Source: Octopus vulgaris (lineage: Eukaryota). Taken from it: a stretch of 64,000 nucleotides of DNA. Shown one piece after another: positions 25,731 through 38,860 of this stretch. The stretch is from assembly GCA_951406725.2 (NCBI GenBank), contig OX597822.1, positions 93,558,001 through 93,622,000 on the forward strand, written 5' to 3'. Each line of letters begins with the position of its first letter. Within the stretch, counting starts at the first letter, position 1. A program made the position numbers and the translations under genes. Under the pieces are notes generated by a model that ran no database searches, was not told where the DNA came from, and saw nothing but the letters and a program-made list of their open reading frames with translations.

Positions 25731-25813
25731 AGAACCAGAGAAGGAAAGAATTCTATGCTGCTACCAATGTAGCACATTGGTAGCAGCATTGAATTCTTTC
25801 TTTCTCTGGCTCT
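25731..25813. repeat. Hairpin with 40-bp arms and 3-nt loop
   Basis: agaaccagagaaggaaagaattctatgctgctaccaatgt-agc-acattggtagcagcattgaattctttctttctctggctct. Confidence 0.9.
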
Positions 25814-26259
25814 ATTATAATTTGAATATAATAGGAAATAAGGTAAATTAAAATAATAAGGTAGAAAAAAATAAATATATAAAGTAAAAAAAAAAAAAGA
25901 AATAAAAATGAAAGTTATAAAATAGCAAATAAATAAGTTTAAAATAAAAATAAAGTAAACAAGAGCACTCAGAGAGCGCAAACCTCCGCCAGTGTTTCTT
26001 TATTTTGGCACTACAGCCACAACACAGAGGGGACACTACAAAGACACCACAGTGGGGACAAAAAACATAAAACGAATGAAAATGAGATGTTATATAAAAA
26101 TGAAATGGCTGCATGGGCCCCACTCCCACGCAGTACCATTTGAACGTTTGTATAAACTATTTACAATCGTTCTATTATCTTATTGTTTTTTCTCGTTTTT
26201 CCGCTTTTTTTTAGATGAATCAATTTTACTTTTTTCTTCTTTCTTCAATAAAAACAATT

Positions 26260-27444
26260 TTACTTACTTTTTTACTTTTTCATATCTCATGAAGGGTTCT
26301 AAATCTTTTAGCTCCACTACTGGTGGCAATTCATCGAACACCACCATCACACCTGGCGGGTCAATCCCTTCTCCACACATGTCTTTTAGTCTGTTGTAGG
26401 TGTCCTTGTCAACCACGATGGCCTTCACATTCTCGGAACACACATCCGCGGGCAACTTAACTCTAATAATATGTTTAAACTTTAATACTTTCTTTTCAGT
26501 TTCTTTGATTTTTGTGTACCTCACAAAATTTCATCGAAATTTTCCTTTTCTCATTTGTTTTCTCCTTTCCTGCTCCGCTCCTGGTACCTTCTTCCTTTCA
26601 TCCACCTCCCTGAGCAGACTCTCCAGTTGTATTTCCAAACTTTCCTCCTCCTCTAGAACAACCAGTGTCCTCACCAATGTCTCCTCCTTAAGCAACACCT
26701 CCTTGGACACTTCTTCAGGTTACTTTCCGCTCATTTTTTCCACCACCATTTCGTCTTCCTTCCTTCTTGTCTCCTCCTCCTCCATCTCTTCTTTCTTCTT
26801 TTTTCACTGTCCTGCGGAGAGCACACTCTCCCACTTCTCTTTCATTTTTTTGAACACCGTGAACCCCTCCTCCGTTGCTTTCTCCTTTATCTCGACCTGT
26901 ACCTATTTCTTTATTACCCACAAGGGGACAAACAAGGACATACATAGGTATTAAGTCGATTACATCGACCCCAGTGCGTAACTGGTGCTTAATTTATCGA
27001 CCCCGAAAGGATGAAAGGCAAAGTCAACCTTGGCGGAATTTGAACTCAGAACGTAACGGCAGACGAAATACTCCTAAGCATTTCGCCCGGCGTTCTAACG
27101 TTTCTGCCAGTTCGCCGCCTTATCTCGACCTGTACCACCTGGTCCGTGCTCTCCTGCCTCTCCGTCTGCTCCATCTGTTGTTCCCTCTGGGGACACCTCG
27201 CCTTCATGTGGACCTTTTCCCCACATGTATAACATGTAGGCAGCCTGACCTCCACCACCACTCTCAATCTTACATCATCGGGCAGCACTGTCTCTTCGAC
27301 ATTTCTATTTAGGTCTTCCACTGTTGCTTGAACGGTTAACTCTATTCCATATCTCCAGTAGTTAACTCTTTGGAATCTTGTGGCCCTCATTATCTTGGCC
27401 TCCTCATACATGTCATACATTATGGCTGTCACCAGCATGTCCAC
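26260..27444 (-). pseudogene. Gag/ORF1-like zinc-knuckle ORF remnant, interrupted by SINE B
   Basis: RLRVVVEVRLPTCYTCGEKVHMKARC (CCHC knuckle) followed by a charged tail. SINE B at 26904-27119 has TSD ttatctcgacctgtacc. Confidence 0.65.
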
Positions 27445-28331
27445 CTACCGTTTGACAACCGCTGTTGGTTTGTTTACGTCCCTCGTAACTTATCCCTTCT
27501 GCAAAAGAAATCGATAAAATAAGTGCTAACTAGACTTGAAAAAACAAGTACTGGTTTCGACTTAAAATCCCTCAAGGCAATGCTCCAGCATAGGCACGGT
27601 CCAATGACTAAAACCCAAAAGTTAAGAGGTGAAATATAGCATGGTTCATTATGGGTGCAGTTTCGCGGAATGAAGACATTTCTTTCTGAAATACGACGTA
27701 CCAGGTTCCATTCCACAGCGCGACATCTATGTCAAACGCAATTTTTCTCTAACTGCCGGCTAACCAACCCATACATTCTGAGTGGAATTGGGAGACTGTA
27801 CAGAACCCCGTTGAAGGCATTTTAGTTGTAAATCAAAAGGTGAGCTTGTCACACAACACCAACCCGGGAATTGTGTTAAGGGAAAACCTGTCAGCCACTT
27901 ACAACATGCTAATTCACTGAGGAGGTAGTTTCAGCTGATACAACTAAGCTCTCATCGTCGAACGACGGATATCCATCACCATAGCGTTCGTAACGAAGTT
28001 CAATTTGTATGCAATCTTATGTGTGTGTATAATATATATATATATGTATACATATATATATATGTAATATATATATATGTATATATATATATATAATTAT
28101 ATATATGTGTATAAACATATATATGTATATATATATGTATAAACATATATATATATATGTATATATAAATATATATATATGTATAAACATATATATATAT
28201 ATACATACATACACACACACACATATATATACACGTACACACACATATCAACATGTATGTACGCACACACACAGATACACGCACGCACATATATCGCACA
28301 CATGCATACGTTCATGTGTGTAGGATGCGTA

Positions 28332-28384
<53 letters not shown>

Positions 28385-28413
28385 TTACATATACACACAG
28401 TAATATATATATA

Positions 28414-28467
<54 letters not shown>

Positions 28468-28904
28468 TTCATATCCACACACACATACATATATGTAGTA
28501 CTAAAATAGACTTGAAGCCAAGAATGTTATCAAAGCGGCACAGTCTTTGATAAATTAATACCGGTTTAGATTATCAAGAAATTACCTTGATGTCAACTCG
28601 AGCTACACATTGTCCCTTTCACTCCCGGCTCCTTATTTCCGAACCATAAAGATAAAAGTCTTCTCTTTACTTATATAGAGACATTCTCTTTATATATGTA
28701 GACACCCTTTCTTTCTTCCTTTCTTTCTACACACACATACACACACATAAATGTGCGCACGCACACAATCACAACACACACACAATCACAACATACACAC
28801 ACACACGTGTATGTACGTATGTAGTGTCGTTCTCTTCGTATATAGAGACTTGTCTTTTTCTACAACTGGAACAAGAACTAAATCTTTATCAAGGAGAACG
28901 GATA

Positions 28905-29168
28905 TGTTTCTTTACTACCCACAAGGGGCTAAACACAGAGGGGACAAACAAGGACAGACAAAGGGATTAAGTCGATTATATCGATCCCAGTGCGTAACTG
29001 GTACTTATTTAATCGACTCCAGCGCGTAACTGGTACTTATTTAATCGACCCCAAAAGGATGAAAGGCAAAGTCGACTTCGGCGGAATTTGAACTCGGAAC
29101 GTAACGACAGACGAACTACGGCTACGCATTTCGCCCGGCGCGCTAACAGTTCTGCCAGCTCGCCGGCT
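28905..29168 (-). mobile_element. SINE family B
   Basis: Reverse complement of consensus with an internal ~32-bp duplication. Confidence 0.8.
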
Positions 29169-29234
29169 TATCTAGTAGAACGGATATATTTAAAACAAAA
29201 CAAAAACTATATATATATATAAAGGTATGAGTGC

Positions 29235-29271
<37 letters not shown>

Positions 29272-29479
29272 AGGAAGAAAGAAAGAAAGAGAGGAGAGAG
29301 AGAGAGAGAGATGTTCTGTGCATGCACGTTACTTTTATATATATATCTGCATGTGTAATGTGTGTGTGTGTGTGTACATATTTAAATTTTCTATAATGCT
29401 GTACACTTTGGTTTACATATCTACGTGTCCTTCTCTGCGCCTCTCTCTCTCTGTCTTTCTCTCTCGGTACGTACACATA

Positions 29480-29866
29480 CAGTAATCCCTCGACTATCGC
29501 GGGTATTACGTTCCGAACACCGCGATAGGTGAAAATCAGCGAACCAGAAGCAGTATTGTACAGTATTTTAAAATTTATTTTTCATAATTTGTATATATTC
29601 AGGCCTAGCTGTTGGGGTTGTTTGTCTCCCCTTCGTAAATATGTAAGGACACAGGAAATGTGTCAAGGCCGACAGGAAGCGTCGATGCTTCCTAGGGCTA
29701 AACAGCGGTGGTGTAATTCCCTTACAGGACTGTCACGTTAAGTTGACAGTATACAACCACTGTATATATTTAATTTTATTATGAATGCAAAACAACACCA
29801 CAGAGGAATCGACGTAAGCTTAAATAATAAACCGCAATAGGTGAACCGCGATATGGCGAGTGATTA

Positions 29867-29868
<2 letters not shown>
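29480..29868. mobile_element. Tigger/pogo-type MITE
   Basis: TA|cagtaatccctcgactatcgcg ... cgcgatatggcgagtgattact; subterminal accgc(g/a)ataggtgaa repeats. Confidence 0.7.
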
Positions 29869-29965
<97 letters not shown>

Positions 29966-30661
29966 TATGTCCCGTACTTTGTTTTTCTGTTGTAAAAAAT
30001 AATGTTTTTCCCGTTTTCGTTTCTCGTCCAGTTCCACGTCTCTGTTTTTCTGTTGTAAAAAAATGGCTTTTCCGTTTTCGTTTCTCGTTGAGTTCTACGT
30101 CTAGTTGTGGTGTCCTGTACTCACGTATATATATTTATATATGCATGTATATATACATGTAGATGTAGGTACGTACATATATGTTTGTATGTATGCATAT
30201 ATTTTATTTATTACACTATATACATATATATATATATATATATATAACATTGATCAGAGAACAAACATCAAATTCGAGTCAATGACTTTATATATAACAC
30301 CACGCCTCCAAACATTTGATCATATATAAATATTACCCTGGCCTTTCAACATATAAAAAAAATACATATATGAAAAACACAGAAGGTAAAAGATGCAAAT
30401 AAAAATACAGATATATAGAACGGCCTATCAAGAAGGTGTAATACAATCTACTAAAAATTCTAAAGCGTGTCATACGAATAAAAATCTAAATCTAAATAAA
30501 ATATCAATTGACTGAAAAGATTTTTTCTTACTGCCCTCAAACAAAAAGAAAAAAATATATGTCAAAAAAGTTAATTTCATAAAAACCATGGTAGGTTGGA
30601 GTCCAAGAGCGTAAAAGAGCTCCACAAAATCAAATCAAACACATCTATGGCCATTTCGGGA

Positions 30662-30713
30662 GTTCACTGCCGCGGTTTGACATCTCGGCGATGACACCCT
30701 CATCAGGATGAAC
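30662..30713 (-). ncRNA. Decayed type I hammerhead motif
   Basis: Reverse complement gttcatc CTGATGA gggtgtc-atcgccga-gatgtc AAA ccgcgg ca gtgaac; G of GAAA and U of the triplet are lost. Confidence 0.45.
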
Positions 30714-30898
30714 AGGAATCTCAACAAATTATTCGTTCACAAATTTGAAAATGAAAAGATGAAATGAAGCTTTTGGGCACAGCCTCCGAGCGACTTCATT
30801 TATTCCGTTAATACTACCTTAATTCGATCCACCACTGTTTGGCTGTAGAATGTCAATTTTGTAATTCTCTCGGAGATCAAGATAGTTAATATACTTTG

Positions 30899-31133
30899 GG
30901 CGGCGAGCTGGCAGAAACGTTAGCACACCGGGCGAAATGCGCAGCCGTATTTCGTCTGCCGTTACGTTCTATGTTCAAATTCCGCCGAGGTCAACTTTGC
31001 CTTTCATCCTTTCGGGGTCGATTAAATAAGTACTAGTTACGCACTGGAGTTGATATAATCGACTTAATCCGTTTGTCTGTCCTTGTTTGTCCTCTCTATG
31101 TTAAACCCTTGTGGGTAGTAAAAGAAATAGGTA
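30899..31133 (+). mobile_element. SINE family B
   Basis: Full consensus match. Confidence 0.85.
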
Positions 31134-31727
31134 CCTGACTGGTGTCCATTGTTTTCCATTGTATTCAAAGTCTTCATTGTAATTGACTATTTTAGGCATT
31201 TGATCCTGGGTTGCCAGCACACAATTATAGCGCCATGGTATCCCAATATAAGTTGTCGTAGTCACTGTTATTACGTCTTCCCAAGAGTCTATCTCTTTGC
31301 AGAGTTCCATATTTGAATCGTCGCATATCATTACGTATTTTCTTTTAACAAGGGCCGGGGGAGGTGAAGTTTTAAGGTACTTGCGTGTCAATGGTTTTCT
31401 TTGTGTCGGAGGGGAGTGGGAAGATTTGGGAAGGATGGGGCAAAGTGGGTGTGGGTTGGCCGTGGGATGGAGATCTACATTCACTTTTCCTCCTTTTTCT
31501 TCTATTTCCGACCGTTTACCATTCAATCCCTTTGTTTGCTTCTTCCATAGTATTTGCGCTTTCTTTTGTTGGCGCTGGTGGTGCGACTTCCTCTCTGCTC
31601 ACGGGTCTTTCTTGGGGCATTTTGGACGGCAGAAAGCAGTCCGCTCTAATGTGGCCTTTCAGGCCACACGTATAGCAACGCGGGGTCCTGCCCTCTACCC
31701 TAACCCGAATTATCATGTCTTCTATAG
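31134..31727 (-). pseudogene. Gag/ORF1-like zinc-knuckle ORF remnant
   Basis: IIRVRVEGRTPRCYTCGLKGHIRADC followed by a Pro/Lys-rich region, frameshifted. Confidence 0.7.
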
Positions 31728-31800
31728 CGATTGGAAGTGATATCATGTTCATTTTTTGTCTTGGTATAAAAGATGGGCTACAGCAAATATTCTGCTCAAT

Positions 31801-32355
31801 ATGCCCTGGTGCAGTACCAGGCAGTGGCTCTCATGGCTTCTGATCTTAACTGATTGGAAGTGTTATCATGTACATTGTTTTGTCTTGGTATAAAAGATGG
31901 GCTACAGCAAATATTCTGCTCAATACCACAGATTTGCTTGTCAGTTGTTTGACCTTAACCAGTTGAGCATGTCCCTTAGTGGCTGACGATATGTGCATCT
32001 CTGATCACGAGCAGAAGTAGTGGGGGAGCATCATAGCCATGTGCTGAGAGGGATTCTTTGAGGATTGAATAATTCACCTCTGGAAACATGGGTGGTTCTT
32101 TCAACATCCTTAAACAACCCTTATTCAGGGACCTTTTGAGCGGGATGGGCTACTCAACCTAAGAAAATTCTAACTGGGCCCCACCTGCAAGATCATGCGC
32201 TGTTTATTTTGATATGAGATCACCATGTTGCGCACATATGGTTGTGATGCATGTGCCTGGTGTACCCTTCAGGTGGGTAGTCATGATGGGTATACTGGGC
32301 TTCGTGTATTTTACCCCAATGTCACTTTGATGGCATGCACTGCTCTCTCACTCAA
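31801..32355 (+). mobile_element. Retroposon family E with (AAT)n tail
   Basis: atgccctggtgcagtacc...ctctctcactc(aat)n; 31728-31800 duplicates an internal 5' segment. Confidence 0.75.
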
Positions 32356-32419
32356 TAATAATAATAATAACAATGACAGTGACCCAAGCCTTTGAATTGG
32401 CCATCTATATTACAGGAAG

Positions 32420-33165
32420 AGATGCCTTTGGTATGTTCTTAAGAATTCGGGGGTTCAGTGCATGACACACACGCAGCGGTTTTAGCCTGCACAGTTGCCT
32501 TCCAACATTAAGGTCTAACCTTTTGATACTTCGTAGCCAGGAATTCTTTTCTCTTCTTTGGATATGAAAGAACGATCTGGTAATTTCTTCCAGTAGAGAC
32601 CGGTCTCATTAACATTGTATTTTCGGGTAGAAATCAATTACCTTCAATAATCTTCGCTAATATAGCAAGAAATTCCGCTGCAGCAACATCGTCAGCTGAT
32701 GCGCTTTAATCTTGTTTTTTTTTGAGAGAGTGCAAATTTTGCAGTTCCTTGAGCCTCATAAACCATCCCTGCCTTGCCTTAAATTCTGCGTCTTTCTTAT
32801 CTGGATATTTCTTTTTCAAATCTTCAAAGACAATGCTTTCTCCTGAATTATTTCTTGACCACAATTTGCTTGCTGACGATTCTGCCTTTCAACCCAAAAG
32901 GCAAGCAGCTGCTCCATCTCTTCGTAAATTCGTCCTGTTGATGATGGTGTTTTTTTATCCCTGGAGCATCATCTTTCACATGTGCCATAATCCTATCTCT
33001 CTCCTGCACAATCGTTGATACAGTCATATGGCTCACCCCAAACGCTCGTGCTATGGCTACAGTCTTTTCACCTTTTTCATATCGTTTTATCATATCTACT
33101 TTATCTTCCAACAATATGGCTTTACGCTTACCACTTTCACTAGGATTCTTCTTCGGAGCCATGGG
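32420..33165 (-). pseudogene. Tigger/pogo (CENP-B-type) transposase remnant
   Basis: MAPKK...KRKAILLEDKVDMIKRYEKGEKTVAIARAFGVSHMTVSTIVQERDRI (HTH), then EFKARQGWFMRLKE...SASADDVAAAEF; frameshifted. Confidence 0.88.
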
Positions 33166-33611
33166 GCTAAGACGTAAATCACAAAAATAATTGTACAAAA
33201 TTTTACAGTACTGTCGACGTGAACACATCTGAAAAGCTCGCGACTGGAACACGAATGCTTACCTATCGGAAATCATCTGAACTAGTACATGTGTTCTGAT
33301 TTGTATTACCGTTAACTTGTCATTTTTAATGTCTTTGTTTTTAAATGAATTTTAATTCTTTATGATGCATACTGTATTTTAACACTAATTTTATTATACT
33401 ATAAAGATTATATGTTTCTATTGCTCTTTTATTTATTTCCCGGAGCGAATACGAACGTAACCAATCGATACAGTCCGGAACTAACAGTGCAGTATGGTAT
33501 GAACGTTATTGCTGTTTTGCTGGGCGACGTAAATTAATACTGTATTCAATATTCACTTAATATTTTAGAAAGACCGACGCATCGTAATAAATACGACGCT
33601 ATTGTATATAG

Positions 33612-34235
33612 GGAAAGTTTACGAAAAAAACCAAAAAACGAAGGCAAGTGGTGTACAAAACAAACAGATGTATTAGTATAACGCCCAGGAATAGAAAAAG
33701 TCTTTTACGTTTCGAGCCTACGCTCTTCTACAGAAAGGGACACAGAAAAAAACAAGGAGAGAAATAAAATATGTGTAGTGGCTAACGATCTATCATGGCG
33801 ACAGAAGGGTCAGACAGGAGAGCGAAGAATTAGGGGAGATAACAAAGTAAAGATGACCCCCAACATGAAGGTGCGTGTGTGTATAAGAGAAGATGTATGT
33901 GCGTGTGAAAGAGGGCTGGTGGTCTGGACGTGTGCATGTATGCATGTGTAGGTGTGAAAATGTGGGGATGGGAATTGGTCAGTGCTAGTGTGTGGGTGGT
34001 GGGTTGTGATGTGATGTGTAATGTTGTATGGTGTAGTGTGGTGTGGTGTGATTTTGTTGGGAGGTGGGGGAGGCGTGCGTGGGGAAAGCACGGGTGGCGT
34101 GTGGGTTCGGCTGAGGGTTGGGGTAGAGTTGGGGTATGTGGGTGGGCAGAGGGTGGGGATAGAGGTGGGGTATGTGGGAGAGGGTGTAGGGGATAGGATG
34201 GGGGGATGGGAAGGCTAGAGAAGGTGGAGTAGGGA
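33612..34235 (-). mobile_element. Penelope-like element 3' region with hammerhead variant
   Basis: Reverse-complement homologue of ~56330-56865, which follows a GIY-YIG remnant. Confidence 0.75.
33702..33737 (-). ncRNA. Minimal hammerhead variant (core CUGUAGA)
   Basis: Reverse complement cttt CTGTAGA a gagc-gtag-gctc GAAA cg TA aaag; identical to 58211-58246. Confidence 0.7.
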
Positions 34236-34255
34236 CACACACATACGTATATGAC

Positions 34256-34324
<69 letters not shown>

Positions 34325-36777
34325 CATACAACATACACACAAATGCATACGCACACATATTGTAGTACATTATTCACATATACATTTGCACATACATGCA
34401 TATTCATACTGGTATGCTGATACAAACACGCAGAAGTACACGTATGCACACACGCGTATAGACACAGTACACTTTCTCATACACACCCGTGTTTGCATAG
34501 GTATAGATGCATAAATATTCTTGTCTTTGCATATATATGTAAAAATATATGCATGTATATATATTATATAGAGAGATTCCTTATGAAGACAGAAATATTG
34601 AATGATTTGATGAGGATAGGAGCACCCTATTGGGTGCGTGTTTGGAGGGTGATAAAGAAAACATCACCATGGACGGCAGCTTTGTTGGTTAGGAGTGTTT
34701 AGGGGAAGTTTTGCGCTTCGTAACTATGGTGTACGAGGTGACGAGAAAAATGCTACAGAGGGAAAGAGTTTGGTGAGGTAATCAGAATATGCAATGCGGA
34801 GGTGCATGAAATTTGACCACTGAGAGAGCTTGAAAGCTATGTGGTGCATGAATGTACCATTTGTTTCTCCAGTTACGTATTTACCCGTATCACTGATACC
34901 TTCCAAGCGTTTTAATCTGTATTACTTGTATGTGTGGCTTCAGCGCTCGCTGCAAAGGGAACCAGTTGGCAGTATTGGCATTATGAGAAGCGTCGAAGGA
35001 CATTTGTAGGTAAATTGTATCATTCGCCTGCTCAGTAATCGGGGCATTCGACTAGATTATCATGAAGACTCTGACTAGTCATACTCTATCTTCTTCCTAG
35101 ACTCGCTGTGTCGCCTCTTTCTGTTTGTCCTATGATTCCTACGGTGGTATCATAAGTTCCTCGGAAATAGCTGATCTATACCATTCTCAATCAAATATCA
35201 TAGTTGTCTGGCTTGATCATTGATGTTAAGGGAGATTCGCTGTGAAGAAAGGATAAAGAGTTGAAATGAGTGTCCTTAATTGTTGATAGTCTACCTCGAT
35301 GGGGAACAAGACTGATCCTGAATAATTAGAAAACTGTTATATTGATATTCAGATCAGAGATGTTGATGTGAGAGATTTGGATTCTCTTTTTTAAAACGAT
35401 AAGATGTGATTTGGGTGTTATTTCTAGTAGGTCGAGAGACCACATAGAAGCTCTTTTGTCTCGTTTAGAGTGATGATGAGGATGGTAGCAATGATGATGC
35501 TGGCGGTAAATGTGGGTTTTGCTTTTGTTGTTATTGTTGTTGATGTTATTTATGTTGCTAATTTCGCACCAACTACAGTGGCATCTCGGGTCATTTCGGT
35601 AAAGCTATTTTTTTATGGCTACACAAGTGCAACTCTGTTTTTATAGTGTGTGTATGTGTGCGCGCGCATGTGTATGTGACCGTTTGTGTATGTGCGTGTG
35701 TGTATAAAATGTTTATGTATGTGCGTACGTGTGTGTGCGTATGTATCATTGTTTTTAAATGGAATTCATGTTATGGCGATTGTACATGTTAGGTAGGTAC
35801 ACACTCGCTACAAATGTCTTTTAAAGGTGTTTCACATGGAACTAGCGTATACAAAACCGAGTTTGTTCGGTGTATCTGTATTCCAGGGAGAAAGATGTGA
35901 CTATAACTTTTCTGACAGCTGGTAGCTGTGATTACTGTTGAAGTGAAGGACTTAGCCGGTGTGAATGAGTTTCCGCTAAAGTGAAGTTTCCACATGGTTG
36001 CATGTGCTTCAAGCGGATAAATAATATCAGGCATGGAAGGGAAGGGCTTCTCAAACGTTTACTTTTTGATTGTGAAACCGATATCTTCCAAGGTGTATTT
36101 CCGTTTCTGTTCATAGATATGTTTAAGTAGCACAGAAGTGTTGTTGACATAAGCGGCCGCTATAGCATCTGTTGGATGATTTGCAACTTAGCCAATGAAC
36201 GGATCATGAATTTTAAGCAATTTAGCGGCACGCCTTTTCGATCCCTTGAAACCGTGTTCGCAAGACAAAACTGAAAGCATCGCTCACTGCATAACTAAAA
36301 ATTTTTCTTCGCATATACGTTGTTTTCTCTCCAATTGAGCAAAAGAATACGCCCAATTCTTTCACCAACCTCCCCTTTTTTTCCTTTATTTTTATTTTTA
36401 TTTACCAGACCACTAAATACACTGCCTAATCAACAAATGTTAGATGTCTTGATTTTGTTTCAGACTCATGCCCCGTACGTAGTGTGTGACACGGTTTTAA
36501 TAACAGTTAAGATTAGTTACAAAGAAAACACATGAAGAAATTTTTACGGATATGTTTTGACTACTCACTCCAATGTTTGTACATATCCATCCATACACAG
36601 AAGCTCTGCTTTCTGTCTGTCCGTCTGTCTGTTTCTCTCCCTTCCACTATCTCTCTCTCTTTCTCTCTCTCCCCCTCTCTCTCTCTCTATTTATCTGTCC
36701 CCTTTCCTCTTGTCTTCTTCCTTGGCTGTCTTTCTTTCCCCCTCTGTCTCACTATATGTGTGTGTGTGTGTGTATAC

Positions 36778-36808
<31 letters not shown>

Positions 36809-36831
36809 AAGGAGAGAAAGAGATGTAGATA

Positions 36832-37131
36832 AACCAAAGTGTACAGTATTATAGATCCATTACGGCCGATCTTACCAACTGGTTTCGCAATAGGTTTTAA
36901 AACCGGACGTTAGGTAACAGCATGGTTAAGTAAATACCGCGTGCTCTTCAGAGCTAGCAGGTATGGAAAAAAATACGGTGACTGATTGGACGTGAAAAGT
37001 TACATCCGGTTTATGGATGCTGTAAAAAAAAATAAAAAGACGAAACGAGGCTATAGGAAGCGAATTGAGAAAGGGTGATATCAAGTGGTAAGATCGGCCG
37101 TGATGGATTTATAATAATGTACACTTTGATT
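36832..37131. mobile_element. MITE-like element with ~48-bp TIRs
   Basis: caaagtgtacagtattatagatccattacggccgatcttacca / tggtaagatcggccgtgatggatttataataatgtacactttg. Confidence 0.75.
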
Positions 37132-37432
37132 AACGTGCCTACTGTACTGATAAATATACGAGTGCATAATTGTCAATGAATACGTAGACGACTAATATAT
37201 ATATTAGAACACGCAATACCGTGTTATTTGAGTGGACTCGTAGTGCGCAAAATCACTCGTATTGATATCGTTGACTGACGATCACTGCCTCCTACGGCCA
37301 TCGGAATTCCCTGATCACGTGATTTCGCTGTTTTGAGCACTTTAATGAAAAAACATCTGGGTGCATCATAACTGTCGAATCTACCGTCAGCCATATATAT
37401 AATATCAGTGTCCATTCAGGCACTGATATTCT

Positions 37433-37516
37433 ATTTATCACTGCTTTATTCACTACGAGTCCATTTATCACTGTTTTATTCACTACGAGTCCATTTATCA
37501 CTGTTTTATTCACTAC
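37433..37516. repeat. 30-bp tandem repeat, ~2.8 copies
   Basis: Unit atttatcactgttttattcactacgagtcc; its last 12 nt are the reverse complement of ggactcgtagtg at ~37234. Confidence 0.85.
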
Positions 37517-38860
37517 TATGAGAGGTTCTCTCAAGATAAAGAACGCAATATTCTGTATTCACAACATTCACGATAAGCTTGAGACAAAGACTACTTTCTG
37601 TCGCTTTTATATGTATATATAATTGGGATAGTTAGAAGACAGTTGAGATGGACACTTGTTTAATGTTCCCTCGCAAATTTACAAGACGATAGCTGCAGGA
37701 ATGACATGCACAGATTAATAAGAGGAAGCGAGATATCAGCAAATACTTTGTTTCTGAAATTTTATAAACAAGGGCCGTAATTCTTGTTTAGATTCATTGA
37801 TCGAGGGTGGGAGATAGTTTTAACAGGAGAGATACAGCCAATTCGAAACATCGCGGTATCTGAAAGCCTCTTAATACAAATGAATCGAATATGTGGAGAA
37901 TGCACATCGTCTGAAAGTTGTTACCTGAAGAAGAAATACAGCAGCGATAGGCACATATACGTTCGAATCTTGCAGAACGTATTAAGAATGAATACATACG
38001 TCTTTGTATTGATCTGCGAAAAACTAAGATAGAAAAGGCATTTTTGAAGTAATGTTTTTAAGAAAAAAAAAAAACAATAGGAAAGGAAATACATAGAAAA
38101 TAATTAATTTTTAAAATTTAAGTATTTTTATTGAGGCATGTTTTATTAATTCCCTTTCGTCCTATGGTTTAATTCTAATTACTTCTTGGAATGAAAATGT
38201 AGTCGTTACAGTGATAATGTCAGTTTCCTATTTTTATAGTGATATGGAACATATATGCTCAACCGTTTTCAAACCCTTTTTGTGTATGTATGCGATGCAT
38301 GTGTGTGTGTGTGTGTGTGTGCACGTGTTCGTGCGTGCGTGTATTTATGTGTGTGCATACATACATTTATACTGTGTTTACTCGTGTATAAACCGCACTA
38401 TTTTATACTTTATCATAACTGAAAAAACTAGGATGCAACTTATACACAAGTTAATACGGAATGAGATGCGCTCAAAAAGTATGAGACTTTATTTCTTCCC
38501 GCCAAAACAAATGCCGCGCAGGCAAACGCTTTAGGTGGCAGGTGATGCCACCCATCCTGCGCTTGCGTGGAAATTTTTGCTACCTGTCTGCTATCTCGTT
38601 ATGGTTAAGTGATAATTCTCTGGCTTATATGTTGTTGTTATTGCTGTGGAAAAGCTGTTATTGCTGTGGAATAGCCTTGACTGGCGCTCCAAATTTAAAT
38701 ATCCTGACCTGATATTGTTTAAAAATAGTGTACATCAACGGTTCCCACGTACTGGTTTCATGTAAATGACAATTTTTCCATGAACCGGGAAGTCACGCGC
38801 ATAACAAAGAAGTGCATTTTTAATTTGATTATTACGTATATACTATATATATATATATAT

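Noticed and set aside
34580-36370. Possible old LINE endonuclease or ORF1 remnants on the minus strand
   Set aside because: Too degenerate to assign without a database search.
37433-37516. CRISPR-like 30-bp repeats
   Set aside because: Head-to-tail with no spacers, in a eukaryotic context with no cas genes.
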